A stretch of 64,000 bases of DNA from an uncultured archaeon (lineage in GTDB: Archaea > Asgardarchaeota > Lokiarchaeia > Sigyniarchaeales > SOKP01): positions 241,879 through 305,878 of the forward strand of contig CAZALK010000003.1 of the NCBI GenBank assembly GCA_964486045.1. Reading direction: 5' to 3'. Under the pieces are notes generated by a model. It searched no databases. It was not told the origin of the DNA and saw nothing but the letters and a program-made list of their open reading frames with translations. Of the stretch, positions 10,380 through 20,074 are shown piece by piece. The position numbers and the translations under genes are program-made. Each line of letters starts with the position of its first letter. Position 1 is the first letter of the stretch.

Positions 10380-10601
10380 ATTTAACATCAATTCATTTTT
10401 CGTAATATAATAATGCGAAAGAATATATAAATATTTACCCTTATTTTTTATGCAATTTAAAGCCATAGGGAAGTGCATAACATAATTTAATATATTCTCG
10501 TAATGAAAATTTGTTTGAAGGAGAACATTCTTTATATCCTTGATTTCATTTTTTTTTATTTAGATTTATAACTCATTTCTAATTAGGAGAGAGTTAGTTT
10601 C

Positions 10602-10710
10602 TTCTCATTATAATAATCTTTTTTTAACATAATCTATAATATTTATTTGAAATTTTTAATTTTGTAATTTCAAACTTTAGTTTACAAGAATTATCATGAC
10701 AGAGGTTAAA
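10602..10710 (+). repeat. Diverged copy of the FrhB-like gene's promoter and first codons (other copy 11628-11735)
   Basis: TTCTCATTAT..TAATCTTTTT..ACATAAT..ATTTATTTGAAATTTT..CAAGAATTATCATGAC shared; ATG ACA GAG GTT AAA vs ATG ACC GAA GAT AAA. Confidence 0.85.
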
Positions 10711-10763
10711 GGTAAAATGAAAGCGATTTTATACGCCAAATACGTTAAATTGGAGAATTCTGT

Positions 10764-11429
10764 ATGAAAGTTGAAATGTTCTTATCTGGTTTTCTCTTTC
10801 TGTTTATTATAATTACAAACATTGCAAGTGTGAGATTTGGGAATAAAACTTTTAGTGATTTGGACTCAGATGCTAAACTGCAGGAGATTAACAATGATCC
10901 AAAAAAATTCAAAATTAGTATCGTGTTAATACTCATAGAGCACGTTAGCATAATATCTCTTGCTGTAACGTTGTTTATTGCTTTTAGTCCATATAACGTA
11001 ATACTTGGAATTGTTTGGGCTATCTTTCGAATAGGAGAAGGTTTGATCCAAATCTACAATAAGAAAAACTTTTGGGGACTTCTCAATATAGCAAAACAAT
11101 ACTCAAGTACTAGTGGTGCTGAAAAAAATGCGTCAATTGATTCAGGTCGTAGCATTCTCAAAACAAAAAACTCTAGTTTCACATTTGCCCAAATCTTATT
11201 CTCCATTGGTACTCTTGCATACTCAATCCTGTTTGCTACATATGGAGTTGTACCCGCATTTATTGGTTGGTTTGGGATTGTTGCTAGCATTCTCTATGGT
11301 GCCGGTGCGGGTATAACACTGGTTAAACCTGACTTTAAAGTCCTGTGGAAAATCGGGGGTTTGTTAATTTTGCTTTATGAAATAGTCTTAGGAGGATGGC
11401 TATTGTTATCTCCACTCTTCGTCCCATAA
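10764..11429 (+). CDS. DUF4386-like membrane protein
   Basis: FRIGEG, VPAFIGWFG, YEIVLGGWLL motifs; about 6 TM helices. Confidence 0.7.
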   Translation: MKVEMFLSGFLFLFIIITNIASVRFGNKTFSDLDSDAKLQEINNDPKKFKISIVLILIEHVSIISLAVTLFIAFSPYNVILGIVWAIFRIGEGLIQIYNKKNFWGLLNIAKQYSSTSGAEKNASIDSGRSILKTKNSSFTFAQILFSIGTLAYSILFATYGVVPAFIGWFGIVASILYGAGAGITLVKPDFKVLWKIGGLLILLYEIVLGGWLLLSPLFVP

Positions 11430-11720
11430 CGGACTTGATAAATGCGTTTCTCCTCCGGGGAAGCTAAAATTTTGATATAGGTTGACCCATCAAATTCTAA
11501 AAAAGTTCAAAAATATTATCTTTTTTACTCATGTTGATAAATACTACCTAAAAAAATACTAAAATTTGCAGGTTTTTTTATTTTTTTTAAGCTTTTAATT
11601 TATTTCTAAAAAAGAGTGAGAAGGTTTTTCTCATTATACTAATCTTTTTCTTACATAATTTATTATATTTATTTGAAATTTTAATTTTCTTAATTCATAT
11701 TCTAGTTTTCAAGAATTATC

Positions 11721-13202
11721 ATGACCGAAGATAAAACTGACGAAGAAAAGACCAAATATGAATATTCATTTGATTATATTCAGAGAAAACTCGAAGGAAA
11801 AAAAGACAGCTACGGACTATTAGTCAAGGATATCATTAGAACAGGAATTTGTACAGAATGTGGGACTTGCGCAGCAGTATGTCCAGTTTTAGAATGGGAT
11901 CAAATTGCAGGGCAACCAAAGCTTATAGGAAAATGTAATGGATGTGGAATTTGTTATAACCAATGTCCTCGAACAATAACGGATCCTGTCCAGCTAATGG
12001 GAGAATTTAAAACTGGTTATGTTTCAAATACTAACATTCCTGAGATAATTGGAGCACAAGACGGTGGGACAGTAACATCTCTTTTATCTTATTTATTTGA
12101 TGAACATCTTATTGATGCTGCAATTGTAACAATGAAAGATCCCAATCATCCATGGAACCCAGCAGCACAAATCATAACTAATAAAACTGACTCGATAAGA
12201 GCTGCTGGTTCAATCTATACTCATTCTCAAACAGTAGAAGCTTTAATGGAAGCTATTCGACAAGAATATCGATCAATAGCCTTTGTTGGCACTCCTTGTA
12301 ATATTGATGCTGTTGATAAAATGATAAATTCACCAGCGGGAATGTTGCGTTATTTTATGCGGGCAAATGTCTTTAAAATTGGCTTATTTTGTATGGATGC
12401 CTTTTCACCAGAAACACTTTATGCAAAATTTGAGAAAGATGGAATCGATTTAACTAAAGTTGTGAAGATGGACATAAATAAGGGAAAATTTCATATATAT
12501 TATGTAAATCAAGAAGAACCTGTAAAATCATACCCTATCGCTTCATTGCATAAGTTTAAATCACCAAGTTGTACTTTCTGTACAGATCTAACTGCGGAAA
12601 ATGCTGATCTCTCAGTTGGATCAGTTGGAAGTGGGGCAAAGAAAAATACAGTTTTTGCAAGAACTGGGATTGGAGCTGAAATTTTAGAAGATGCCGCAAA
12701 AAAAGGTTATATTACAATTGAACCATATAATGCAATTAATTTAAATGCAGTGTTAAATTTATGTAAACGAAAAAAGTCTGCTCAGTACAATATTCAGAAA
12801 AGAAAGGTATTTGTTGTAAGAGACACTCTGGATGATGAGGACGAAGAAGAAGTATCTAACATCGAAACAATGCCCGAAGTTGAGAAACCAAAACCCCTAA
12901 AAGGTACCAGGAGAGCGATAAGCGTGACAAAAAAATTAAACGAAAAAAAGAAAACTTTAGATCTCACTATTACAAATACTGTAGGATTTGCATTAGATGA
13001 TATAAAAATTAGGGTGGCTGCTGTCGACGAAATTTTTGAAACAAAACCATGGATAACTACGATAAAAGAAATGTTTCCATTTGAAACGATTGAAATTCCT
13101 TACCCACTAGAATCATTGGAAGGAAGTGTGTTAGTTGAGGCGACGTCTAAAACGTATGGAAAAATTTTCTCGCGGACATTGAAATATTCACCAGCAAAAT
13201 AA
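11721..13202 (+). CDS. Coenzyme F420 hydrogenase/dehydrogenase beta-subunit (FrhB/FdhB-like) with 2[4Fe-4S] ferredoxin domain and extra C-terminal beta-sandwich domain
   Basis: CTECGTCAAVCP, CNGCGICYNQCP, AQDGG, VGTPC, IGLFC, CTFCTDLTAENADLSVGSVG; acidic linker, then about 95-aa extension. Confidence 0.9.
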   Translation: MTEDKTDEEKTKYEYSFDYIQRKLEGKKDSYGLLVKDIIRTGICTECGTCAAVCPVLEWDQIAGQPKLIGKCNGCGICYNQCPRTITDPVQLMGEFKTGYVSNTNIPEIIGAQDGGTVTSLLSYLFDEHLIDAAIVTMKDPNHPWNPAAQIITNKTDSIRAAGSIYTHSQTVEALMEAIRQEYRSIAFVGTPCNIDAVDKMINSPAGMLRYFMRANVFKIGLFCMDAFSPETLYAKFEKDGIDLTKVVKMDINKGKFHIYYVNQEEPVKSYPIASLHKFKSPSCTFCTDLTAENADLSVGSVGSGAKKNTVFARTGIGAEILEDAAKKGYITIEPYNAINLNAVLNLCKRKKSAQYNIQKRKVFVVRDTLDDEDEEEVSNIETMPEVEKPKPLKGTRRAISVTKKLNEKKKTLDLTITNTVGFALDDIKIRVAAVDEIFETKPWITTIKEMFPFETIEIPYPLESLEGSVLVEATSKTYGKIFSRTLKYSPAK

Positions 13203-13279
13203 ATTTGTCAAAATCCTTTTATTAACAAGCACTATAATAAAGTATTAAATAATAAAAATTTTGAAGATGAAATTCAACA

Positions 13280-14188
13280 ATGAAAATTGCATTAATAGGA
13301 TTGGCTGGTTGTGGTAAAACGAGCCTCTATTTGATAGGATTTACAGAAGCAACCCCAGAACAAACAAAATCATTATCTCCTACAATATTGTATGAGACTC
13401 GGCGCCATCCATTCTTAGGCTTAAATGTGGGCATCTGGGATATGGGTGGTCAAGAACAATACAGAAAGGATTATATGGAACACTCAGAACCCTTAAAAGG
13501 GACTGACATCCTTATTCCTGTAGTAGATTTACACGATCCTGATAATTTTGAAACGGCAAAAGAGTACTTTCTTGGGTTATTGGATATTTATCGAAAGAAT
13601 AATGAGAAACCTAAGATCTTCCTCTTTTTACATAAATATGATACACAAGATTTTCAGAAAGAGCTTTTAGATACAAACGTAAAGAAAGCAAAAGAGATTT
13701 TTTTAGACCTTTTCAAAACATACGATTTTGATTTTACTTTTACAAGTATATATGAACAAGATAAATTAGCTAAAGTATTCCGAAACCTTTTAATGACTTC
13801 ATATACTGAATTGAAAAATAATGTTGAAAGAGCTGATAAACAACTTGAAGAAATTAAAGCAAAGATCATTATTTCTGATATCTCTGGGAATGTACTTTCT
13901 CACAATATTGCTGGTGTAACTAGTGGTTTAACATTAAGAAGTGATCTTAGAGATTTTATTAATGCAAGTAATGTCATACGAGAAAATATTTTTATGAATG
14001 ATTCAGCAAATTTTAAAGGTGAAGATGAAGATGGAAAGCAAATTGAATTGTATATTTTTAAATATATAATATCAGTATTAATAATGAAATCAGGAGAATT
14101 GGATGTGGAATCACAAGAAAAATTAAATTCTTTACTAAAAGATATGAAGTTGTTTGCGGATTTGATTATTTCAGCTCACACAGATTAG
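13280..14188 (+). CDS. Rag/Gtr-like (Arf-related) small GTPase with C-terminal roadblock/longin-like domain
   Basis: G1 GLAGCGKT, G2 PT, G3 WDMGGQ, G4 HKYD, G5 TSIY; C-terminal IIISDISG... domain. Confidence 0.85.
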   Translation: MKIALIGLAGCGKTSLYLIGFTEATPEQTKSLSPTILYETRRHPFLGLNVGIWDMGGQEQYRKDYMEHSEPLKGTDILIPVVDLHDPDNFETAKEYFLGLLDIYRKNNEKPKIFLFLHKYDTQDFQKELLDTNVKKAKEIFLDLFKTYDFDFTFTSIYEQDKLAKVFRNLLMTSYTELKNNVERADKQLEEIKAKIIISDISGNVLSHNIAGVTSGLTLRSDLRDFINASNVIRENIFMNDSANFKGEDEDGKQIELYIFKYIISVLIMKSGELDVESQEKLNSLLKDMKLFADLIISAHTD

Positions 14189-14255
14189 GGTAAAAAAAAT
14201 TTATTAAAATACCATTATAATATAAAAATAATTTTTTAGCTTTAAAGGAATAAGT

Positions 14256-15470
14256 TTGACGTTGATAAAATTACAACTATCCACTTTAGAGAATAGTTCT
14301 ACGGTTATAGGAGATAAATTAAATATTAGAGCAAAATATATTTTTGAAGAAGATACATCTGTTTTATGGAGCGGTGTTCAATTAATAACAAATCCACCAT
14401 GTGCCAAAGAACTTCAAATAGCAAAAGAAGAAATATTTTCAGAAGGAACTTTTGAAGCTGGAGAATATATCCGGGAAAAAAATCTATTAGTAAGTAGTAA
14501 TGTTGTTCCAACTATAAAAAATAGGAATATCAGTTATTTTGTAAACTTAATTTTAAGGCATCCAAATCATAATAAAACCGGTAAAGATTTAATCATTAAT
14601 CAAACTCAAGCTATTGAGTTAAAAAAAAAAAAAAATCTTTCAACAAAATTACCCAATCCAATTTCTTTTTCATTATCAGGATTGAATATTTTACTTACTA
14701 AAGATATATTCAAACCTGGAGAGACGATTAAGATAAGTTTTTCTTCTGAAGTGCTTAAACAATTAGAGATACGATTATTACAAAACGCAAATCTTGTTTG
14801 TTTTTGTAACGCTTACGGTAAAGATTGTAGTTTAGTTGAGGAATTACCCCCTGCAATTGCTGGAGATGCAAAAACAACAGATATGGAAAGGGGATTTTTA
14901 TTGTTAAATGTGCCGGAAATAGCTGAACCAAGTCATAATTATCTTTGGGAACCTATTGAAAAAGAACAATTTGGAGTAAGGTATGGAGATTATACTAAAT
15001 GGTCTCTCCTAATTATGGGAAAAGAAAAGCCCGAATATGGTAAAGAGCCAATAAATTTTGAAATTCCAATTACAATTGTACCAAAACGTTTTATAGAAAA
15101 GAAGGGTGAAATTAACCTATTCTCAAAAGCAAATTCGAGTTCACATTCTTTATTTGATGGCTTATCCTCCAAATTTCAAAAAATATATAAAGTACTTTCA
15201 TTAAATTCAGATTTAAATAATTATAAGTTGAAAGTAAAAAATATTTCACACGCCGATCTCAATGGTGTAACGGTAAAAGTAGCGGGATTACATGAAGGTT
15301 TTTTTGAAACTGCCCCAAACCTAACTGGATTCAATTCATGGAAAATTAACGAGGAAAAAGAGATTATATATAAGACAAAACAAAAAATTTCAGCTGTAAT
15401 TTCTGAAATCTCAGATAACACTCAAAAAAAAATTAAGATTCAAACCCCAATTTCCTCAAATTTTTTTTAA
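14256..15470 (+). CDS. Arrestin-fold protein (N and C domains) plus third beta-sandwich domain
   Basis: FEAGEY...VVPT...ISYFVNLIL resembles arrestin_N; LTKDIFKPGETIKI and FEIPITI resemble arrestin_C. Confidence 0.6.
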   Translation: MTLIKLQLSTLENSSTVIGDKLNIRAKYIFEEDTSVLWSGVQLITNPPCAKELQIAKEEIFSEGTFEAGEYIREKNLLVSSNVVPTIKNRNISYFVNLILRHPNHNKTGKDLIINQTQAIELKKKKNLSTKLPNPISFSLSGLNILLTKDIFKPGETIKISFSSEVLKQLEIRLLQNANLVCFCNAYGKDCSLVEELPPAIAGDAKTTDMERGFLLLNVPEIAEPSHNYLWEPIEKEQFGVRYGDYTKWSLLIMGKEKPEYGKEPINFEIPITIVPKRFIEKKGEINLFSKANSSSHSLFDGLSSKFQKIYKVLSLNSDLNNYKLKVKNISHADLNGVTVKVAGLHEGFFETAPNLTGFNSWKINEEKEIIYKTKQKISAVISEISDNTQKKIKIQTPISSNFF

Positions 15471-15591
15471 GGATATAATCTTTTACAGACTTCCCGAACA
15501 AAATACTCGAAGAAGTAATAAATCTTATTAGAATTTCTAAGTTATATCAAAATAATTATCTTATTTATATTCTCATGAAATGGTGGTGTAG

Positions 15592-16161
15592 ATGGTAAAT
15601 AGATGTAGTTGGGCAAATTACAGTGATTTAATGAAAAAATATCATGATAAGGAGTGGTGCGCACCAGTTCATGATGATCAACTACTTTTTGAATTTCTGG
15701 TGTTAGAAGGGGCTCAAGCCGGTCTGAGTTGGAATACAATTTTGAAAAAACGCGAAAATTTTAGAAAAGCTTTTGATAATTTTGACTACAAGAAGATCTC
15801 GAGATACACAAATCAAAAAATTGATGAATTGCTTAATGATAAAGGTATTATAAGAAATAGACTAAAAATAGAATCTGTGATTACAAATGCTAAGGCGTTG
15901 CTAAAAATTCAAAAGGAATTTGGCTCTTTCAACACATATTTATGGAATTTTGTAAATAATAATACAGTAATGAACAATTTTAAAAAAATGGAAGATTTAC
16001 CATCAAAAACGGACCAGTCAGAAGTAATTAGCAAAGATTTGAAGAAACGTGGTTTTAAATTTGTTGGACCAACAATTATTTATAGTTTTATGCAAGCTAT
16101 TGGAATGGTAAATGACCATTTAGTCGATTGTTTTCGATATAATGAGATAAAAAAGATATAA
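15592..16161 (+). CDS. tag: DNA-3-methyladenine glycosylase I
   Basis: RCSW, YHDKEW, LEGAQAGLSW, IIRNRLKI, GFKFVGPT, NDH..DC. Confidence 0.95.
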   Translation: MVNRCSWANYSDLMKKYHDKEWCAPVHDDQLLFEFLVLEGAQAGLSWNTILKKRENFRKAFDNFDYKKISRYTNQKIDELLNDKGIIRNRLKIESVITNAKALLKIQKEFGSFNTYLWNFVNNNTVMNNFKKMEDLPSKTDQSEVISKDLKKRGFKFVGPTIIYSFMQAIGMVNDHLVDCFRYNEIKKI

Positions 16162-16261
16162 TATCCTCCCTCGTATTCAGAATATTATCCGAGATTTACA
16201 TTTTATTGAGAACTTAATAAAAAAGTTTTTATTCAATTTCATTTATATAATCAACATACAC

Positions 16262-16447
16262 ATGCGATGTGAGGGCTGTTTAAAGCAAGAGAATTTATTT
16301 ATGTGTTTTTTTAATGATAGAAGTAAAGAAGTTTATTATTGCGCCAAATGTTTGGCAAAGTTACTAATCGAAGACCCTTTGCCGATTTACAATATGAGTA
16401 AACTTGGATATACATGGAAATCCACAGACATCGTTAAAAAGATTTAA
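16262..16447 (+). CDS. Small zinc-finger protein
   Basis: CEGC...YYCAKC; TATA-like TTTATATA just upstream. Confidence 0.6.
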   Translation: MRCEGCLKQENLFMCFFNDRSKEVYYCAKCLAKLLIEDPLPIYNMSKLGYTWKSTDIVKKI

Positions 16448-16468
16448 CTTTAACGAGATTAACATTTA

Positions 16469-17062
16469 TTAGTTGATAGTAGAAATCAATTTATGATCAT
16501 AATATTTTTGCAAAACTAATTGTAACATATTTTCAAAACATTCTAAAATACCCTCACCGTTGATAGCAATGGTAGATCTTGTATTTATATTTTTATATTT
16601 ATGAAAATCTATCGCTTTTAAGAATTTTGTTGAAATAAATTTCTCTGGGAGGTCTTGTTTATTAAAGGCAGCAGTAATTGGAAGGTCTTCAAGAGAATCA
16701 CCAAAATATGAGATCAATTCATTCCAGGAAATCAGATTTCGCTCATAAACCTTTTTTTGTGAATCTATTACGAAAATTATACCATCAACTGCTTTTAGAG
16801 TAATTGGTCGCGTAATTAAATAGAAACTCTGGCCTGTAGTAGTATATATACTTATTTTAAGAACCCAATCTTGATTTTGAAATGAAATAATACCATAATC
16901 AAAAAATAATGTTCGATTTACCGTGCTTTCAATACTCAGGATTTTCTCCTCTTTCCCAAAATGAGAAAACAATGTTTTAATGGAGGTAGTTTTACCTGAT
17001 AGAGCAGGTCCAAAATAAACAATTTTAATACTTATAGTTTTGTCAACATGATCTATTATCAA
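16469..17062 (-). CDS. MglA-family small GTPase
   Basis: KIVYFGPALSGKTT, RTLFFD, TTGQ, DGIIFVIDSQ, NKQD. Confidence 0.88.
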   Translation of the reverse strand: MIIDHVDKTISIKIVYFGPALSGKTTSIKTLFSHFGKEEKILSIESTVNRTLFFDYGIISFQNQDWVLKISIYTTTGQSFYLITRPITLKAVDGIIFVIDSQKKVYERNLISWNELISYFGDSLEDLPITAAFNKQDLPEKFISTKFLKAIDFHKYKNINTRSTIAINGEGILECFENMLQLVLQKYYDHKLISTIN

Positions 17063-17175
17063 CTTAGGTACAACTCATTTCATTTTTACTGGTAAGTTAA
17101 AAAATAGCTTTTTAAAAACCAAGTTTTTTTAGGTATAATAAAAGAGAGAGAATATTCTTTCTATTGTAAAGATCT

Positions 17176-17568
17176 TTAATGATGACTAAAAATAAGTTTA
17201 TTTTTTTCTATTTTACAAGATAAAAGATTCCTTAAAATTAGAATCTCAACCTCTCTCCTCAAAATCTCTTCACTAATGAGTAAATTTTCTTTTAATTTTA
17301 ATTTATTACTTAGTTCTTCAAAAGAAATTGAATTATTTCCTGTTGGAATGTCCTTAATTATCTCAAGAATAACTTGTTGATGATGTGCAGATTTGCAATT
17401 GGAATCTAATTGATAGAGCTGATGTACTAAATTGTAGTTAAAATCAGATTCACCATTTTTCTCTATTTCTTTTAAATTCTCTAAAATTGCATTAGCTTCT
17501 ACATATTTTTCTAATCCTATTAGCTCCCTTGATTTATTCAACAATTTGATAAATTCTTTAAGATTCAT
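17176..17568 (-). CDS. Hypothetical protein, helical hairpin + winged helix (PCI-like)
   Basis: C-terminus ISFEELSNKL...VEILILRNLLSCKIEKNKLIF. Confidence 0.5.
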   Translation of the reverse strand: MNLKEFIKLLNKSRELIGLEKYVEANAILENLKEIEKNGESDFNYNLVHQLYQLDSNCKSAHHQQVILEIIKDIPTGNNSISFEELSNKLKLKENLLISEEILRREVEILILRNLLSCKIEKNKLIFSHH

Positions 17569-17660
17569 AGATATTCAAATAAAAGATCAATCTAATTTAA
17601 TTTCTGCTTAAGAAGGTAAAAAAAATGAGTAAATAAAAAAATTTAATGTTTAGGCTTTCG

Positions 17661-17891
17661 TTAAAATGGAACACTGATGACTTCTTTAATTTCTGGTATG
17701 TGAGTTTTTAATGCTCTTTCAATACCGAATTTTACTGTTTGTTGACTCATCGGACATCCAGCACAATGACCCATTAATCGAACCTTAACAGTTCCATCAT
17801 CCTCGATCGAAACTAATTCAACGTCGCCTCCGTCAAGTTGAAGTTGAGGTCGGATTTTTTCAATTACAGCTTTGACTTTTTCTTTATCCAA
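17661..17891 (-). CDS. NifU C-terminal / Nfu Fe-S carrier
   Basis: IRPQLQLDGGDVELV...GHCAGCPMS..T. Confidence 0.92.
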   Translation of the reverse strand: MDKEKVKAVIEKIRPQLQLDGGDVELVSIEDDGTVKVRLMGHCAGCPMSQQTVKFGIERALKTHIPEIKEVISVPF

Positions 17892-18237
17892 AATTTTTTC
17901 ACATAAAAAGGTTATATTCTTTAATAAAGATAAGGTAGTCTACATATTAAAGAGTTGTTTTTATATAATATTAACATTTATTGATAATCCTTTTACACCA
18001 TAATAGGAAAAGTGGATTTTGTAATTAAAATTAGAAAAGGTTCAGTTTCGACGATAAGGATGGTTTTTTATATTAATATCTAAAATATAAAATTATGAAA
18101 TTTTGATACTCAAGCTTAAAAATACTTTTTTATAGGGAGATAAAAAACCTGTTCTTAGAATTTAGAAAATTGAAGTACTTTTTAATATCCTGCATAATTA
18201 ATACCCTTAGACAAAAATATTTATCATATAATTAACC

Positions 18238-18654
18238 ATGAGAAAGATCATACAGAATTTTAGAGACTTAGATCAGTTGATAGCGGAAGATAAGAAAGAA
18301 AAGTTATTTTCTTATCTGCAAACTATAAAGAAGCTTGAGAAAGAAATTCCTGATATTTATGAGTTAATTGCTCAATACTTCATTGATAATGATAAGATTG
18401 AAAATTTTTTTGATAAATTGAAATACTTCTTTTCAAAAAATATTGAAAATTATAACGAGAGGTTATATATCTTTGAATTACAGAATTTTTTGCTTAAAAT
18501 TGTAAGAAATTACCAAAGAAAGATTATAGTATTGGATTTAATTAAGGTATTGTCGAGAACAGGAATTTCAAATTTCTATGATTTGTTATATAATTTTGAA
18601 AGTAAGGTTTTCATTCCTCCGAAAAGACTCATTGATTTTATAGGGAGGGTTTAA
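18238..18654 (+). CDS. Hypothetical protein
   Basis: 138-aa ORF; stop followed by GGGAGG-preceded next ORF. Confidence 0.55.
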   Translation: MRKIIQNFRDLDQLIAEDKKEKLFSYLQTIKKLEKEIPDIYELIAQYFIDNDKIENFFDKLKYFFSKNIENYNERLYIFELQNFLLKIVRNYQRKIIVLDLIKVLSRTGISNFYDLLYNFESKVFIPPKRLIDFIGRV

Positions 18655-18657
18655 ATT

Positions 18658-19194
18658 TTGGTAATAATTAATATTGAAGAAATTTCTGAATTTTATTTCA
18701 AGTTTGTGTTTGATCATCTTAGATCACTCTATAATTCCATTATTCTTGGTTATTACTCTACTGATTTTACTTCATATCTTGATAAGTTAGCTGATTTTTT
18801 TGAATTATACTGGATTCTACTTAATGTAATACCCCATGAAATAGAATTTCGGATAGATCAGCATATAGGAAAATATTATGATAATGGTTATGAAGAGCTT
18901 TGGGATATTTATTCTGAACATGTTTTGAGAAATGATATTTTGTTAAAAATTAACAGCGATCACTTGGAGATTATTTTTAAAGATTATTGGGATGGAACTT
19001 ATGAAGTTGAGGAAATAATCGCTTTTAATAACAGAAGTCCTAAATTTAAATTGAATTTAAAAAAAGTTTTAAACGATCAGGTTTATAGGAAAGATTGGTT
19101 TAAGAAACATATGAAAAGATATTTAACTGAATCAGATTATGATATACTTGACAAAAAACTTTCAAGCTCGAATAAAGAAGTTAATTTTATATAA
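18658..19194 (+). CDS. Hypothetical protein
   Basis: 178-aa ORF directly downstream of the previous one. Confidence 0.55.
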   Translation: MVIINIEEISEFYFKFVFDHLRSLYNSIILGYYSTDFTSYLDKLADFFELYWILLNVIPHEIEFRIDQHIGKYYDNGYEELWDIYSEHVLRNDILLKINSDHLEIIFKDYWDGTYEVEEIIAFNNRSPKFKLNLKKVLNDQVYRKDWFKKHMKRYLTESDYDILDKKLSSSNKEVNFI

Positions 19195-19330
19195 CTGAAG
19201 TGCATAGTTAGGAATTTCTCTTTAGTGATCTTTATAAATAACCTCTATTTTAAATTTTAGTTTAATCCATCAACAATATCAAAAATTTAAATCTTTGTCA
19301 CGATTCTTATAGATTTATATCATAAAAAGC

Positions 19331-19396
19331 AGCATCGAACGAGCTTTAAAAATCCACATTCCAGAGGTTAAAGGAGTCATTAGCGTTCCATTCTAA
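19331..19396 (+). pseudogene. Inverted 3'-end remnant of the nfu/nifU gene
   Basis: Translates SIERALKIHIPEVKGVISVPF* vs GIERALKTHIPEIKEVISVPF* of 17661-17891. Confidence 0.85.
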
Positions 19397-19453
19397 TATA
19401 TAATTCTTTTTATTCTTCTTTTTTCTAACAAAAAAAAGAGCGGATGAGTCTAA

Positions 19454-19787
19454 CTAGGGAAACTCATCATTCAAGAAGAGATCATCGCCTATGTACACAC
19501 TAGATTCATACAGATCTGCGGCGGGATTTAGACTAAAATTTAAACATCGTAACTTGTAGAGATTCTTGAGTCCTTTAACTTCAGTTATTTGATTATGCTT
19601 AACAATCAGATTTGTGAGGTTATTGAGATTATCCAATCCTTTCATTTCAGATATCTGATTTTTCGATAAATTTAATTTCTGTTATATCTTTTAAATCTCT
19701 AACTTGTGCATCAGTTATAACAAGATTTGTGCCTAATAGTCCTGAGGTCTTAATTTTCTCTCCACGAACAACTACATAATCTATCAT
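19454..19787 (-). pseudogene. Frameshifted/internally deleted LRR protein
   Basis: ATG 19787 MIDYVVVRGEKI...LKDITEI, then a frame change into LNLSKNQISEMKGLDNLNNL...NQITEVKGLKNL. Confidence 0.7.
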
Positions 19788-19888
19788 GATATATCTCTAA
19801 TCATGTATTATTATCTAACTAAAATTCCTCATTATATCTAGTGTATCTGATAATATGAGCAAATAGACATTTCAAGAAAATAAGAAAA

Positions 19889-20050
19889 TCAATCCATAAA
19901 AACATTTTTACATTTCGGACATCCAACTAAATTGACACTCCTAACACGATCTTGACCAATTCTCTTAGATAGAGAAGACCCTTCTATTTCGATCCATTGA
20001 TCGTCTTTTCCTTTTGGTTCATAATCACAAGCAGGGCATATCAGTATCAA
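19889..20050 (-). CDS. 53-aa zinc-ribbon micro-protein
   Basis: TTG start behind GAAGTGA; MILICPACDYEPKGKDDQWIEIEG...VNLVGCPKCKNVFMD*; below the track length cutoff. Confidence 0.75.
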   Translation of the reverse strand: MILICPACDYEPKGKDDQWIEIEGSSLSKRIGQDRVRSVNLVGCPKCKNVFMD

Positions 20051-20074
20051 TCACTTCTTTAAAAAAAATTTATC

